Assembly: GCA_964502375.1 (NCBI GenBank) | Contig: CAZCWN010000001.1 | Location: forward strand, 16,278-80,277 | From: an uncultured Rhizobium sp. | Lineage (GTDB): Bacteria > Pseudomonadota > Alphaproteobacteria > Rickettsiales > UBA1997 | Direction of reading: 5' to 3' | Length of the DNA: 64,000 nt | Part shown: piece after piece, positions 1-9,414 of the stretch | How positions within the stretch are numbered: position 1 is the stretch's first letter | How the letters are laid out: every line of letters starts with the position of its first letter | Made by a program: the position numbers and the translations under genes | Notes under the pieces: generated by a model | The model's database searches: none | What the model was told of the DNA's origin: nothing | The model's input: the letters and a program-made list of their open reading frames with translations, nothing else

Positions 1-90
1 CTTCTTGACAAAAGAACTTATAAAAATATGTTGTCGCGCTCTTTTTTTTAGCGCATTTTTCAATGCCTTTATTTCAAGCAGGTAATAAAT

Positions 91-366
91 ATGTCAAAAG
101 CAAAACTCCCAAAAACTACAGCAGATGGCGTTCACCCTAAACAACATGCAGTAAATGTTGCGATGACTGATGGCACAAAGTTTCAGATTCTTACAACTTG
201 GGGTAAGGAAGGGGATACTTTAACCCTAGATGCTGATCCAAGAAATCATCCAGCGTGGCAAGAAGATAAAGCACAAAATTTTATTAACGCCAACAACGAA
301 AGAGTTAGCAAATTTAAAAGCAAATTTGGCAATTTTGATTTTGTCAGCAACACAAAAGCTGAATAA
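91..366 (+). CDS. rpmE: 50S ribosomal protein L31 (Cys-less type)
   Basis: 91-aa ORF. The pattern HPK..VAMTDGT..TTWGKEGDTL.LD.DP..HPAW and the C-terminal RVSKFKSKFG match L31 as known from alphaproteobacteria. Confidence 0.9.
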   Translation: MSKAKLPKTTADGVHPKQHAVNVAMTDGTKFQILTTWGKEGDTLTLDADPRNHPAWQEDKAQNFINANNERVSKFKSKFGNFDFVSNTKAE

Positions 367-368
367 GA

Positions 369-1070
369 TTGTCGAAAAAACAAATTCTCTGTCTATCAGG
401 CTGGGGTCAAAAATCTGATTCGTTAAAAATAATTTTTAATGATAAGGTTTTCGACCCCTTTTTTGTTACTTTTTTTGATTATTTAAAATTCGCCAAAATT
501 GAGGAGTTTTTTTCCTCCATTCAAACAGAAAATAAAAATCCGGAAATTCTACTTGGCTGGAGCCTAGGCGGGCAGCTGGCCATTCGTTTGGTTGAGAAAA
601 AAATATTCCAACCAAAGCTTTTAGTATTGTTGGCCCCACCCTTTCAGATGATAAAAGATAATAGAATTCAAGCAGGAATGGCTAAGGCAACTTTCGATAA
701 ATTTTATGAAAATTTTTCCCAGGCACCGGATAGAACTCTCAAACAATTTGCTATTTTAACGGCGATGAATGATCGCCATTCCACCGAAATCGCCAGAACT
801 CTGGATGTTCATGAACAAAATTTTTCCCAGCTACAAGCCTGGTTAGAGGAATTAGCTCGATTCTCCTGCTTCGATGTAGATTTTTCAGAAATGCCCAGAA
901 CCATTTTATTCCAAGGTGCCGGTGATATGATCGTTCATAGTTCGCAAGCTGAATATTTCAGGCAAAGAATAAAAAACTTCCGTTTAGAAATTTTCAAAAA
1001 CTGTGGCCACGCCCCTCATCTAAGCAATGTTGAAAGAATGAGAGAAATTATTCTCGAAGAAATAAACTAG
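369..1070 (+). CDS. alpha/beta-fold hydrolase, BioH-like carboxylesterase candidate
   Basis: TTG start 3 nt after the rpmE stop. It has the nucleophile elbow GWSLGG, an N-terminal LSGWG oxyanion region and a C-terminal CGHAPH catalytic His motif. Its 233-aa size is typical of BioH-type esterases. Confidence 0.6.
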   Translation: MSKKQILCLSGWGQKSDSLKIIFNDKVFDPFFVTFFDYLKFAKIEEFFSSIQTENKNPEILLGWSLGGQLAIRLVEKKIFQPKLLVLLAPPFQMIKDNRIQAGMAKATFDKFYENFSQAPDRTLKQFAILTAMNDRHSTEIARTLDVHEQNFSQLQAWLEELARFSCFDVDFSEMPRTILFQGAGDMIVHSSQAEYFRQRIKNFRLEIFKNCGHAPHLSNVERMREIILEEIN

Positions 1071-1229
1071 TCCCAAAATTTCCAATCCCTCTGTTAGCCC
1101 TCTCCCCTTAGCCAGTACGCCTAATTTGTTGACATAATTAATAAAAACTTCAAACCACTTTAGCACAAACTCAACCTTGCATAGTCCAATGCGGCTACCC
1201 CCTTGTAACAAATTAATTATAATCTGACT

Positions 1230-1838
1230 ATGAAAAACCAACCAACTATCTCGCAAGCAGAGCAAGTGCTAATTCACTTTTCTGCTACGGGTGATAAATC
1301 CACTGTTGTTAAATTATCTCAAACACCGGGAATTAATATTAATGCTAAAGACGAAAATGGCATGACGGCTTTAATGCATGCTATAGAAAATGATCAACCC
1401 TACATATATTCTTATCTCTTGGAAGATAGAAGAGTTGATATTAATGCCACAGATAACCAAGGACGAACAGCCTTAATACAAGCCATAACAAGGGGTAACA
1501 CAAGCGCAGTGATTTCTCTTCTGAAGCATGGTGCTAATTTTTCGCTAGATCAAATTGCTGATGTTAGAACTGTTAGCCAAATAAGTTTAATATACGCTAC
1601 TTTTTGGAGTTCTCCTGAAAATGCCGCTTCTCTCTTGCAGGCAAGAGGGGTTAATATCAATAGCTCTGAGGAGGGCGGAATTACGGCATTGATGTTTGCC
1701 GCTACAATAGAAGAAACTCAAGAAAAGAAAAATAGCTCAATCATTGAAGCTATTTTGCGAGCAGGCGCAGATACTAGTCTCACAATGTCTACCGAGGGGG
1801 TCACTAAGAATCTTCTGGAAGAAGGAATAAACCCCTAA
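1230..1838 (+). CDS. ankyrin-repeat protein (N-terminal ORF of a possibly split gene)
   Basis: Repeated ANK signatures (G.TALM.A......LL....VDINA.D..GRTALI.A...G....V..LLKHGAN). No SD is visible. A TATAAT sits at 1218-1223. Confidence 0.85.
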   Translation: MKNQPTISQAEQVLIHFSATGDKSTVVKLSQTPGININAKDENGMTALMHAIENDQPYIYSYLLEDRRVDINATDNQGRTALIQAITRGNTSAVISLLKHGANFSLDQIADVRTVSQISLIYATFWSSPENAASLLQARGVNINSSEEGGITALMFAATIEETQEKKNSSIIEAILRAGADTSLTMSTEGVTKNLLEEGINP

Positions 1839-1842
1839 AGTT

Positions 1843-3540
1843 GTGAATGAAAGTTATCCTAGTAATAGCCCTGGCATCTCAGCCTTAGGTCTCGCTCTCG
1901 AAGCAAAAAATATAGGAGCAATAGAAGCCCTAATACAAGCTGGCGCTAGACTTCCAGAACGAGGAGAGCCTGGCACTCGTAACCACATGACTTTAGCTTA
2001 TGCGGCTTTGACATACATTAATATTAACCACCTCCAGCCAAACGAAGCCGCCGTTGTAATGCAGCAAGTAGGAATAGATAATCTAGATAGCAGCTCTAGC
2101 CCTGCTAATAAAATCCCACTATTACTACAGGCTATTAGTGAAGATCTTACAAAGGTTGTTAAGGTTCTTTTACATGGGGGAGCTAACCCAGATATGATCA
2201 TGGTTGTAAGCGAGGAAGAGAGTGGTCCTATAGTGGCTAAAATAACACCACTAATGCGCGCTGTCAGTAAAGGAAATATAGAAGTTGTCCGCTCTCTACT
2301 GGAATATAGGGCAAAGATTGATAGCATAAATCCTGATGGAAATAAAACCGCACTAATTATGGCTCTAGAACAGGGTCATTTTGAAATTGCAGATCTACTT
2401 TTAGAACGTGGGGCAAGGATTACTCCGCAACACCCAACAGCTTTCGTGCTTGCTACCTTCAGAACCGCTTCAGACTTCGAAGCCGCCCTAGACCAAATAA
2501 TACTAGAAGGAGTTAGCATTAACGCCCTAACAGAAGAAGGTTATAGCTCACTTATGATTGCCACTAAAGCACGTCAGATTGAGCTTGGCCGAGCCCTCCT
2601 ACGAGCAGGGGCAGAAGTCAATTTAGAATCTCCAGACAACCATACCGCTTTACTAGGGGCTATTTATTCTGGTGACACGCAACTTATTTCTCTTCTTCTT
2701 GATCGCAGGGCTAATATTGAAAAGGTTACAAAGGAAGCCTTAGAGAAAGCAGTAAAAATAAACGACAAATTTTCTGAGGTTATGGATAGAGTGTTTTCTT
2801 ATGCCATAACCAGGCCAGATCCACAATTTTTTAATCAGCTGTGGCATATCAAAGCTTATAATTTTACTAGTGACGAGATGTTAATAGGGATATCAGCTAC
2901 GCTTAAGGAAAAAAAGAATGATGAAAAAACCAGAAAATTACTCGCCCAACATAGGATTGATTCCCATGAAAGCTGGGAGAAAATTTCTAAACTCAGAGAT
3001 CTAAAAAGCGCATTCGAAAAGCAACTTAAAAAACAAAACGATCCTAATGCCAAGCGTTTAGCAGTGATGACCACCATCGCTTTTGCCACTGATACAGAGG
3101 TAAGGAAAAGCGCTCTATGGATAAGAGACGCTAATTTAGAAACTAAACTGCCTCCAGTAGCAAGCAGCGTGGTTGCCGAGAAATTTATCACAGAAAGTCT
3201 GAGAGCATTTTTAAACGAAGCTCAAATACAGGCCTTAATAACTGTTTTAAGTGATATAATACGCGGCCGGCTTTGTAAGGGTGTAGCAGCGGAGGATAGA
3301 AAAACTGCAGAAGAGGCTTTAGAAGAAAAAGCCACCCTATCCGATGCCCCAGCTGAGGAAAATTTACCAATGGAATCTTCTATGATCACAGAGGAAGAGA
3401 ACAAAAAAGAGCCATCCTTAGCAGATTCCAAACCCAAGGTGCCTGCAACCATAGTCACTCCAGCAGAAGTGAGGCCGCTGGATGAAAGCAGAGATGAGGT
3501 AAGCTATATTTCGCCAGGCAGGGGGTGTTACATCCAATAA
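1843..3540 (+). CDS. ankyrin-repeat protein with a non-ANK helical/acidic C-terminal region
   Basis: GTG start. At least 6 ANK-like units are present (e.g. TPLMRAVSKGNIEVVRSLLEYRAKID, GNKTALIMALEQGHFEIADLLLERGARI, HTALLGAIYSGDTQLISLLLDRRANIE). The last ~270 aa are non-repeat and Glu/Lys-rich. Confidence 0.85.
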   Translation: MNESYPSNSPGISALGLALEAKNIGAIEALIQAGARLPERGEPGTRNHMTLAYAALTYININHLQPNEAAVVMQQVGIDNLDSSSSPANKIPLLLQAISEDLTKVVKVLLHGGANPDMIMVVSEEESGPIVAKITPLMRAVSKGNIEVVRSLLEYRAKIDSINPDGNKTALIMALEQGHFEIADLLLERGARITPQHPTAFVLATFRTASDFEAALDQIILEGVSINALTEEGYSSLMIATKARQIELGRALLRAGAEVNLESPDNHTALLGAIYSGDTQLISLLLDRRANIEKVTKEALEKAVKINDKFSEVMDRVFSYAITRPDPQFFNQLWHIKAYNFTSDEMLIGISATLKEKKNDEKTRKLLAQHRIDSHESWEKISKLRDLKSAFEKQLKKQNDPNAKRLAVMTTIAFATDTEVRKSALWIRDANLETKLPPVASSVVAEKFITESLRAFLNEAQIQALITVLSDIIRGRLCKGVAAEDRKTAEEALEEKATLSDAPAEENLPMESSMITEEENKKEPSLADSKPKVPATIVTPAEVRPLDESRDEVSYISPGRGCYIQ

Positions 3541-3550
3541 ATTTTCAATA

Positions 3551-3582
3551 TTGTAAGGCCAACTAATTTATTGGCCTTACAA
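3551..3582. terminator. 12-bp perfect hairpin between convergent genes (candidate bidirectional terminator)
   Basis: TTGTAAGGCCAA-ctaattta-TTGGCCTTACAA lies 11 nt after the ankyrin ORF stop and 53 nt after the GNAT gene end. There is no clear U-tract on either strand. Confidence 0.45.
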
Positions 3583-3634
3583 TATAAGGTTCAGCTTTAT
3601 AGAAAAGCCGTAGCAAAAAATTTAGAGCCAATCT

Positions 3635-4159
3635 TTAAGCAGCCTTCTCGCCCTTAAAATTTGGATTAAACCAAGCCATAATTGTGTCTAATTCCAATTT
3701 TCCTTCTGCGTTTAAAATACGCTTTTTGCAAAATCCTTCTGATTCAAAACCAAGCGACTTATAGAGTGCAATCCCACGTTTATTACTTTGGCGTGTAAAA
3801 AGCTCAACGCGGGCAATATCAGTGTGCTTCTTTTCTACTTTATTAAGAAAATGGGAAAAAATTTTACGTCCCAAGCCTTGCCCCTGAAAATCAGGATGAA
3901 CAACCATGGTGAGATTTCCTAGAGTATGCCGGAATACCAAGGGCTCATTAGGGTAACCATGAATTTCAGCAATAAGTTTTTTTTCTTGTTCAATAACGAA
4001 AATCAGGCCTTTTTTTAGTGCATTTTGCAAAAAATGCTCCACATAGAATTTCGTAACTTCTTTAGGCGTTCGTGCAATTCCATTTTCACATTCCGCCGTT
4101 GCGCGGTAAAGTTTGATGAGCTCTGCAACGTCTTTTTTATTGGCTTTGCGTAGTTTCAT
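3635..4159 (-). CDS. GNAT-family N-acetyltransferase
   Basis: 174 aa with the acetyl-CoA binding motif QGQGLGRKIF and typical GNAT beta-strand spacing. Confidence 0.8.
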   Translation of the reverse strand: MKLRKANKKDVAELIKLYRATAECENGIARTPKEVTKFYVEHFLQNALKKGLIFVIEQEKKLIAEIHGYPNEPLVFRHTLGNLTMVVHPDFQGQGLGRKIFSHFLNKVEKKHTDIARVELFTRQSNKRGIALYKSLGFESEGFCKKRILNAEGKLELDTIMAWFNPNFKGEKAA

Positions 4160-4305
4160 AATTTTGCGAGTTAAATTTTAGCAAAAATTAGCTGACTTAT
4201 GTTTGGCAAAAAATAATTTCAGACTTTTAAACCGTATTGGCTTTGCCCAAGCTAATGATAGATAAGCTCTATGAGATATTGAATTATTCAGGCGAAGATA
4301 ATTAT

Positions 4306-5823
4306 CTAAATTTTCCTTCGGTAAGAAATTGCCTCAAGCAGATGAGGTGCTGAAATTTTATCTATCCCCTCCAAATCTGCAATGCTGCGCGCAACCCTTA
4401 GAATTCTGGTGATCCCACGCATAGAACTATGCATTTTTTTCGCTGCATTTTGCATAATTTTTTGCCCTTCTTCATCAAGTTGGCAGAATTTTTCCAAAAT
4501 TTTCCCGTCAATTTTTGCATTAACTTTCGGTATATTTTTCATTGTTTCTTCTTTCTCATATCTTTCTTTTTGTCTCTGTCGTGCCTTAAAAACTCTGGCT
4601 GCAACCACATTAGAACTTTCGCCTTCTTGGACATAATTATCGGTGGAAAAAATATCTAATTGAGAAACATTCACCAAAATATCAATGCGATCCAAAAGCG
4701 GGCCGGAAATTTTATTTTTATAATCCTCTCCACAAATTGGCGCCTTTTTACATTCGCGCGCGCCATCTCCCAAATAGCCACAGCGACATGGGTTCATCGC
4801 TGCCACTAACTGGAAATTTGCTGGATAATTTATGTGAGAATTGACGCGGGCAATATTAACACTTCCGGTTTCTAGCGGCTGGCGCAGAGAATCTAAAACT
4901 TGCCTCGGGAATTCCGCTAATTCATCTAAAAATAGCACGCCATTATGCGCTAAAGAAATTTCACCTGGCTTTGCCTTAACCCCTCCGCCAACCATTGCTG
5001 GCATTGAGCAAGAATGATGCACTTCACGGTAAGGGCGATGGGTTATTAATTGCCCATCAGAAAGCTTGCCGCTAATGCTGGCAATCATATTGATTTCAAG
5101 GATCTCAGACAATTCAGGTTCCGGCAAAAGCCCAGGCAAACGCGACGCCAGCATTGATTTCCCTGTGCCCGGAGGGCCAGACATTAAAATATTATGCCCA
5201 CCAGCCGCGGCAATTTCCAAGGCACGCTTCGCTATCGCCTGCCCTTTAACGTCGGATAAATCTGGGTAAGATCGGCTAGAAATAATTTTCGAACTTTGGG
5301 GCCGCGCGAGAATTTGCTCACCTTTTAAGTGATTAACCAAAGTTAATAAATCCGGCGCGGCAATAATTTCTAACTCCCCTGCCCAAGCGGCCTCTTTGCC
5401 ATTTTCTCGCGGACAAATTATTCCTAAATTGCGTTGATTAGCGCCAATCGCCGCTGAAATAATTCCACTTACTGGATGAATTTTCCCATCAAGCGAAAGC
5501 TCGCCTAAAATAACAAAATCTTCCACAATAGAAGGAGCAAGCACGCCCATTTCAATCATAATGCCCAGGGCAATTGCTAAATCAAAATGGCTGCCTTCTT
5601 TTTGCAAATCAGCGGGGGCAAGATTAACGGTGATTTTTTTATGAGGCCAAGAAAGGCCGGTAGAACTTATTGCAGCTTGGACGCGTTCTTTCGATTCGCC
5701 CACTGCCTTATCTGGCAGGCCAACGATCGTAAAGCCGGTGAAGCCTGGGGAAATTTTTATTTGAACATCAACAAGGGCAACGTCAATTCCTGCGAAGGAG
5801 AAGGTTTTTATTTTGGCAACCAT
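4306..5823 (-). CDS. YifB/ComM-family Mg-chelatase-like AAA+ ATPase
   Basis: 505 aa. It has an N-terminal Lon-protease-like domain, Walker A GPPGTGKSM, Walker B LFLDEL, and a C-terminal ChlI-associated region (SMRGITRILRVARSIADL). Confidence 0.9.
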   Translation of the reverse strand: MVAKIKTFSFAGIDVALVDVQIKISPGFTGFTIVGLPDKAVGESKERVQAAISSTGLSWPHKKITVNLAPADLQKEGSHFDLAIALGIMIEMGVLAPSIVEDFVILGELSLDGKIHPVSGIISAAIGANQRNLGIICPRENGKEAAWAGELEIIAAPDLLTLVNHLKGEQILARPQSSKIISSRSYPDLSDVKGQAIAKRALEIAAAGGHNILMSGPPGTGKSMLASRLPGLLPEPELSEILEINMIASISGKLSDGQLITHRPYREVHHSCSMPAMVGGGVKAKPGEISLAHNGVLFLDELAEFPRQVLDSLRQPLETGSVNIARVNSHINYPANFQLVAAMNPCRCGYLGDGARECKKAPICGEDYKNKISGPLLDRIDILVNVSQLDIFSTDNYVQEGESSNVVAARVFKARQRQKERYEKEETMKNIPKVNAKIDGKILEKFCQLDEEGQKIMQNAAKKMHSSMRGITRILRVARSIADLEGIDKISAPHLLEAISYRRKI

Positions 5824-5880
5824 GGTGTGGGTTTAGGTAGTATGGGTTTAAATGGTGTGAATTTAACTTTGGTGAAAAAG

Positions 5881-5957
5881 TGGCGAGCCCGAGACGATTC
5901 GAACGTCCGACCCACAGCTTAGAAGGCTGTTGCTCTATCCAGCTGAGCTACGGGCTC
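5881..5957 (-). tRNA. tRNA-Arg (anticodon TCT), CCA encoded
   Basis: The reverse complement folds by hand into a cloverleaf: acceptor GAGCCCG/CGGGCTC, anticodon stem ACAGC/GCTGT, loop CTTCTAA, T-loop TTCGAAT, 3' GCCA. Confidence 0.9.
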
Positions 5958-6023
5958 TTAAAAGAAGGCCGCGCTTTCTAAGCAGCTTATAGGAAAAATC
6001 AATCAAAAATCAAAAGAGCTAGA

Positions 6024-6701
6024 TTAATTTTTAATGTCGCGCGCGCCGAAAATAGCCGTTCCAAGCCTGATATAATTCGCTCCAAGCGCTATAGCTTCTT
6101 CAAAATCAGGGCTCATTCCCATTGAGAGATTTTCTAAATTATTTTCCTGAGCCAATTTAGCCAACAAAGCAAAATAAGGAGCGGGGGTTTCATTGGCGGG
6201 AGGAATGCACATTAAGCCAGTTACATTTAAACCACATTCATCACGCGAAAATTTAACCAATTCTGTAAGCTCGCTGGGCGCAACCCCACCTTTTTGTTCT
6301 TCTTCTCCAATATTAACTTGGATAAAAATCTGCGGATTTTTTTTCTGCTTAGCGATTTCTTTTTTTAAATTCACTGCCAATTTTTTACTGTCTAAACTCT
6401 CAATACAATCAAATAGCTCAATAGCTTCTGCCGCTTTATTGCTTTGTAGATGACCAATAAAATGTAACTTTATTTCAGGAAAATTCTCTTTGATTTGGGG
6501 CCATTTTTCTTGTGCCTCTTTTACATAATTTTCGCCAAAAATTTTGCATCCGCAATTAATCGCCTCGATAATTTTTTCCGCCGAAACCATTTTGGAAACT
6601 GTAATTAAATTGACTCTTGAACTATCTCGCCTGTAGAGTTTGCAAGCTTTTTCAATTTTGCTTTTCACCAAAAATAAATTGCGCCCAATTTCAGTTTTCA
6701 T
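6024..6701 (-). CDS. yggS: YggS-family pyridoxal-phosphate homeostasis protein
   Basis: 225 aa. LITVSKMV (PLP lysine), FGENYVKE, HFIGHLQSNK and LSMGMS.DFE.AI..G are all typical of YggS/PROSC. Confidence 0.9.
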   Translation of the reverse strand: MKTEIGRNLFLVKSKIEKACKLYRRDSSRVNLITVSKMVSAEKIIEAINCGCKIFGENYVKEAQEKWPQIKENFPEIKLHFIGHLQSNKAAEAIELFDCIESLDSKKLAVNLKKEIAKQKKNPQIFIQVNIGEEEQKGGVAPSELTELVKFSRDECGLNVTGLMCIPPANETPAPYFALLAKLAQENNLENLSMGMSPDFEEAIALGANYIRLGTAIFGARDIKN

Positions 6702-7314
6702 GAATCAAAAATTATTGTTTGAAATAAAAAAATTCTCTGCCGCACCGGTTTTTTTCACCGATCTAAAAAAGATTTCTAACCCTTTTTCTATAATCAAAAA
6801 CCTGCCAAAAAATTCTCTGATCATTATCCGCGAATATGATCTAGAATGGCACAAGCGCGAGGCTTTCGCTGCCCAAATTATCGCTTTGGCCAAACCAAAA
6901 AAAATAAAAGTTTTGATTGGAAAAGATTTTAATTTGGCAAAAAAACTGAAAGCCGACGGCGTTCATTTTTCTGATTTTGACCATTCCTCATGGCAATTTT
7001 TTAAGAAAAAATCTTATCCAAAGAAATTCATATTCAGCCTTGCTTGCCATAGCTTTAAAAGCATTCTAAGAGCGCAAAAATTAAAACCAGATTTAATTTT
7101 TATTTCCCCAATTTTTGCCAGTAGCAGCCATCCTGACGTAAAGCCTTTAGGTCTAAAAAATTTGGCGAAAATTACTTTTAAAACCAAAAAGGCCAATTAC
7201 TTTTCAAGCAGAATTCGTGCCCTTGGAGGGATAAATTTCACCAACCTCAAACGTCTCAGAAAGCTTAATATACCAGGCTTTGGCGCCATTGATATTTTCA
7301 AAAAATTTTTATGA
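6700..7314 (+). CDS. TMP-TENI family protein (thiamine-phosphate synthase-like)
   Basis: ADGVHF, the ISPIF...SHP..KPLG phosphate-binding segment and ALGGI match the ThiE/TenI fold. I chose the ATG at 6700 over the track start at 6640, which would overlap yggS by 62 nt. Confidence 0.55.
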   Translation: MNQKLLFEIKKFSAAPVFFTDLKKISNPFSIIKNLPKNSLIIIREYDLEWHKREAFAAQIIALAKPKKIKVLIGKDFNLAKKLKADGVHFSDFDHSSWQFFKKKSYPKKFIFSLACHSFKSILRAQKLKPDLIFISPIFASSSHPDVKPLGLKNLAKITFKTKKANYFSSRIRALGGINFTNLKRLRKLNIPGFGAIDIFKKFL

Positions 7315-8732
7315 AAATTACTCCAGTGATACTTTCCGGTGGCTCCGGCACCAGGCTGTGGCCAGTTTCGCGCAGTTTAAATCCAAAACAATTTTTAGAT
7401 TTTTTTGGCAAAAATTCTTTATTTCAGAAAACGGCATTACGCGTAAAAAATGCCGCCGATTTTCAGGCACCAATTGTTATTTGTAATAACGAACATCGTT
7501 TCACTGCAGCAGCAGAATTACAAAAAATTGGAATCAAACCGAAATCTATTATTCTTGAACCAATTGGAAGAAACACCGCTCCTGCCATTGCTATCGCGGC
7601 TTTAGACGTTCTCGCTGGTAATAATAAAGAAAATAATCTGATTTTGGTTATGCCTTCTGACCATATAATTCATGATGAAGAAGCATTTATTTCTCAGGTA
7701 AAAAAAGCAACAAAAGCGGCGTTAGAAGGTTATTTAGTAACGTTTGGCATCGTTCCCAAAAAGCCTGAAACCGGCTATGGATATATTAAACAAGGCCAGG
7801 AACTTGGAGGCTTTAAAGAAGTTTTTGCCGTCGAAGAATTTGTCGAAAAACCAAAGAAAGAGAAAGCGGAAGAATTTCTTCGCAGCAAAAATTATCTGTG
7901 GAATAGTGGTATATTTTTATTTGATGCCACCGCTTATTTAGCCGCTCTACAAAAATTCCAAAAAGAAATTTTTAACTCTTGTCACAATAGTTATAACAAA
8001 GCAGAGCGCGACTTGGATTTCATTCGTCTCTCCGCTGAAGATTTTGAAAAATGCGAAAATATTTCTATTGATTATGCGGTAATGGAAAAAGCAGAAAAAG
8101 TTGCTGTAAGCCCAATTGACATAGGTTGGTCGGATGTTGGTTCTTGGGAAGCAGTTGCTGAAATTGCCCCACGTGATAAGGAAAATAACAGCCTGATTGG
8201 TGATGTTGCCGCTCTTAAAACTACAAATTGTTATATAAATTCGCGCAATGGATTGGTAGCCACAATTGGCATTTCAGACCTTATAATCATTGCTCTGAAA
8301 GATGCTGTTCTCATTGCGAATAAAAATAATTCACAAGATGTAAAAGAATTATTTGAATTACTCAAAAAACAAAAGCGCGATGAATGCCATTCGCACACTA
8401 AGGTTATGCGCCCCTGGGGAAGCTTTGAAACCATTGATTTTGCTGATCGCTTCAAGGTTAAAAGAATCACCGTAAATCCAAATTCTTCGCTTTCTTTGCA
8501 AATGCATAATCATCGTTCTGAACATTGGGTGGTGGTGAAAGGAACCGCGCACGTTACTTGTGACGACAAAGAATTTGTAATGAAAGAAGATCAATCAACT
8601 TATATTCCAGTTGGTAAAAAACACCGGCTTGAAAATAAAGGGGAAGCCCCATTGGAATTAATTGAAGTGCAAACTGGTAGCTATTTAGGTGAGGATGATA
8701 TCATTCGTTTTAGCGATATCTACGGCCGATAA
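7311..8732 (+). CDS. manC: mannose-1-phosphate guanylyltransferase / mannose-6-phosphate isomerase (bifunctional type II PMI-GMP)
   Basis: 473 aa. It has N-terminal ILSGGSGTRLWPVSR, a central nucleotidyltransferase domain, and a C-terminal cupin (RPWG.F...RITV.P...LSLQMH.HRSEHWVVV.G). Confidence 0.9.
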   Translation: MKITPVILSGGSGTRLWPVSRSLNPKQFLDFFGKNSLFQKTALRVKNAADFQAPIVICNNEHRFTAAAELQKIGIKPKSIILEPIGRNTAPAIAIAALDVLAGNNKENNLILVMPSDHIIHDEEAFISQVKKATKAALEGYLVTFGIVPKKPETGYGYIKQGQELGGFKEVFAVEEFVEKPKKEKAEEFLRSKNYLWNSGIFLFDATAYLAALQKFQKEIFNSCHNSYNKAERDLDFIRLSAEDFEKCENISIDYAVMEKAEKVAVSPIDIGWSDVGSWEAVAEIAPRDKENNSLIGDVAALKTTNCYINSRNGLVATIGISDLIIIALKDAVLIANKNNSQDVKELFELLKKQKRDECHSHTKVMRPWGSFETIDFADRFKVKRITVNPNSSLSLQMHNHRSEHWVVVKGTAHVTCDDKEFVMKEDQSTYIPVGKKHRLENKGEAPLELIEVQTGSYLGEDDIIRFSDIYGR

Positions 8733-8738
8733 TTTCTA

Positions 8739-9410
8739 ATGCCAATGCAAGTTTTTTGGATAATTTTTTCTCAAGAATTACTGATTTCTTTCCGCCATCT
8801 TGGAAAAATTTTGGCAAATTTCTTATTTTTTATAATCACAGTTACAACTTTCTTCCTGATGGCGCAGAACCATGAAAATCAGCCATCTACAGTGTTCTAC
8901 CCAACTATAATAATTTGGTTTTCTCTGCTTTTTTGTTTAATTTTTTCCGCTGCCGATTTCTTAAAAAAGGATTTTGAGGATGGCACCATCGAACAGGTCA
9001 TTATCTCTTGCGATAATTTTGAAATTTTTATTCTAGCGAAAATGCTCGCCAATTGGTTTATTTCTTGTTTGCCGATTATGCTTGCGATACCGCTCATTCT
9101 ACTTGCAAACGATGTTGCTCCAGATTCTATTTTTCATTTTTTTGCATTAATTTTTCTAGCCAGCTTGATTATAAATTTTATCTGCAATTTTTGCGGAAGC
9201 CTCTCAACCCTTGGCAATTCTGCTCCTGTAATTGCCATAATTGCTTTACCTTTGATAATTCCAATTCTGTTAGTCAGCTATTTAGGAATGCTTAATGATG
9301 GCTCGGAAAATTTTTGGATTAGCTTTAAGATTCTGCTAGGAATTAGTGTGGTCATTGGTTGCACAACTATTTTTTTTACCGCAAAAATTGTCAAAATTGC
9401 TGCCGAATAA
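8739..9410 (+). CDS. ccmB: heme exporter protein B (cytochrome c maturation)
   Basis: 223 aa, six predicted TM segments. The conserved F..D.EDGT.EQ block after TM2 is typical of CcmB. Confidence 0.85.
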   Translation: MPMQVFWIIFSQELLISFRHLGKILANFLFFIITVTTFFLMAQNHENQPSTVFYPTIIIWFSLLFCLIFSAADFLKKDFEDGTIEQVIISCDNFEIFILAKMLANWFISCLPIMLAIPLILLANDVAPDSIFHFFALIFLASLIINFICNFCGSLSTLGNSAPVIAIIALPLIIPILLVSYLGMLNDGSENFWISFKILLGISVVIGCTTIFFTAKIVKIAAE

Positions 9411-9414
9411 TTCT

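Noticed and set aside
230-418. 62-aa ORF spanning the rpmE 3' end and the hydrolase 5' end
   Set aside because: It is an alternative-frame overlap of two well-supported genes, with no independent signal.
5587-5922. 111-aa plus-strand ORF
   Set aside because: It is antisense to the yifB-family gene and runs through tRNA-Arg (5881-5957). It is an artefact.
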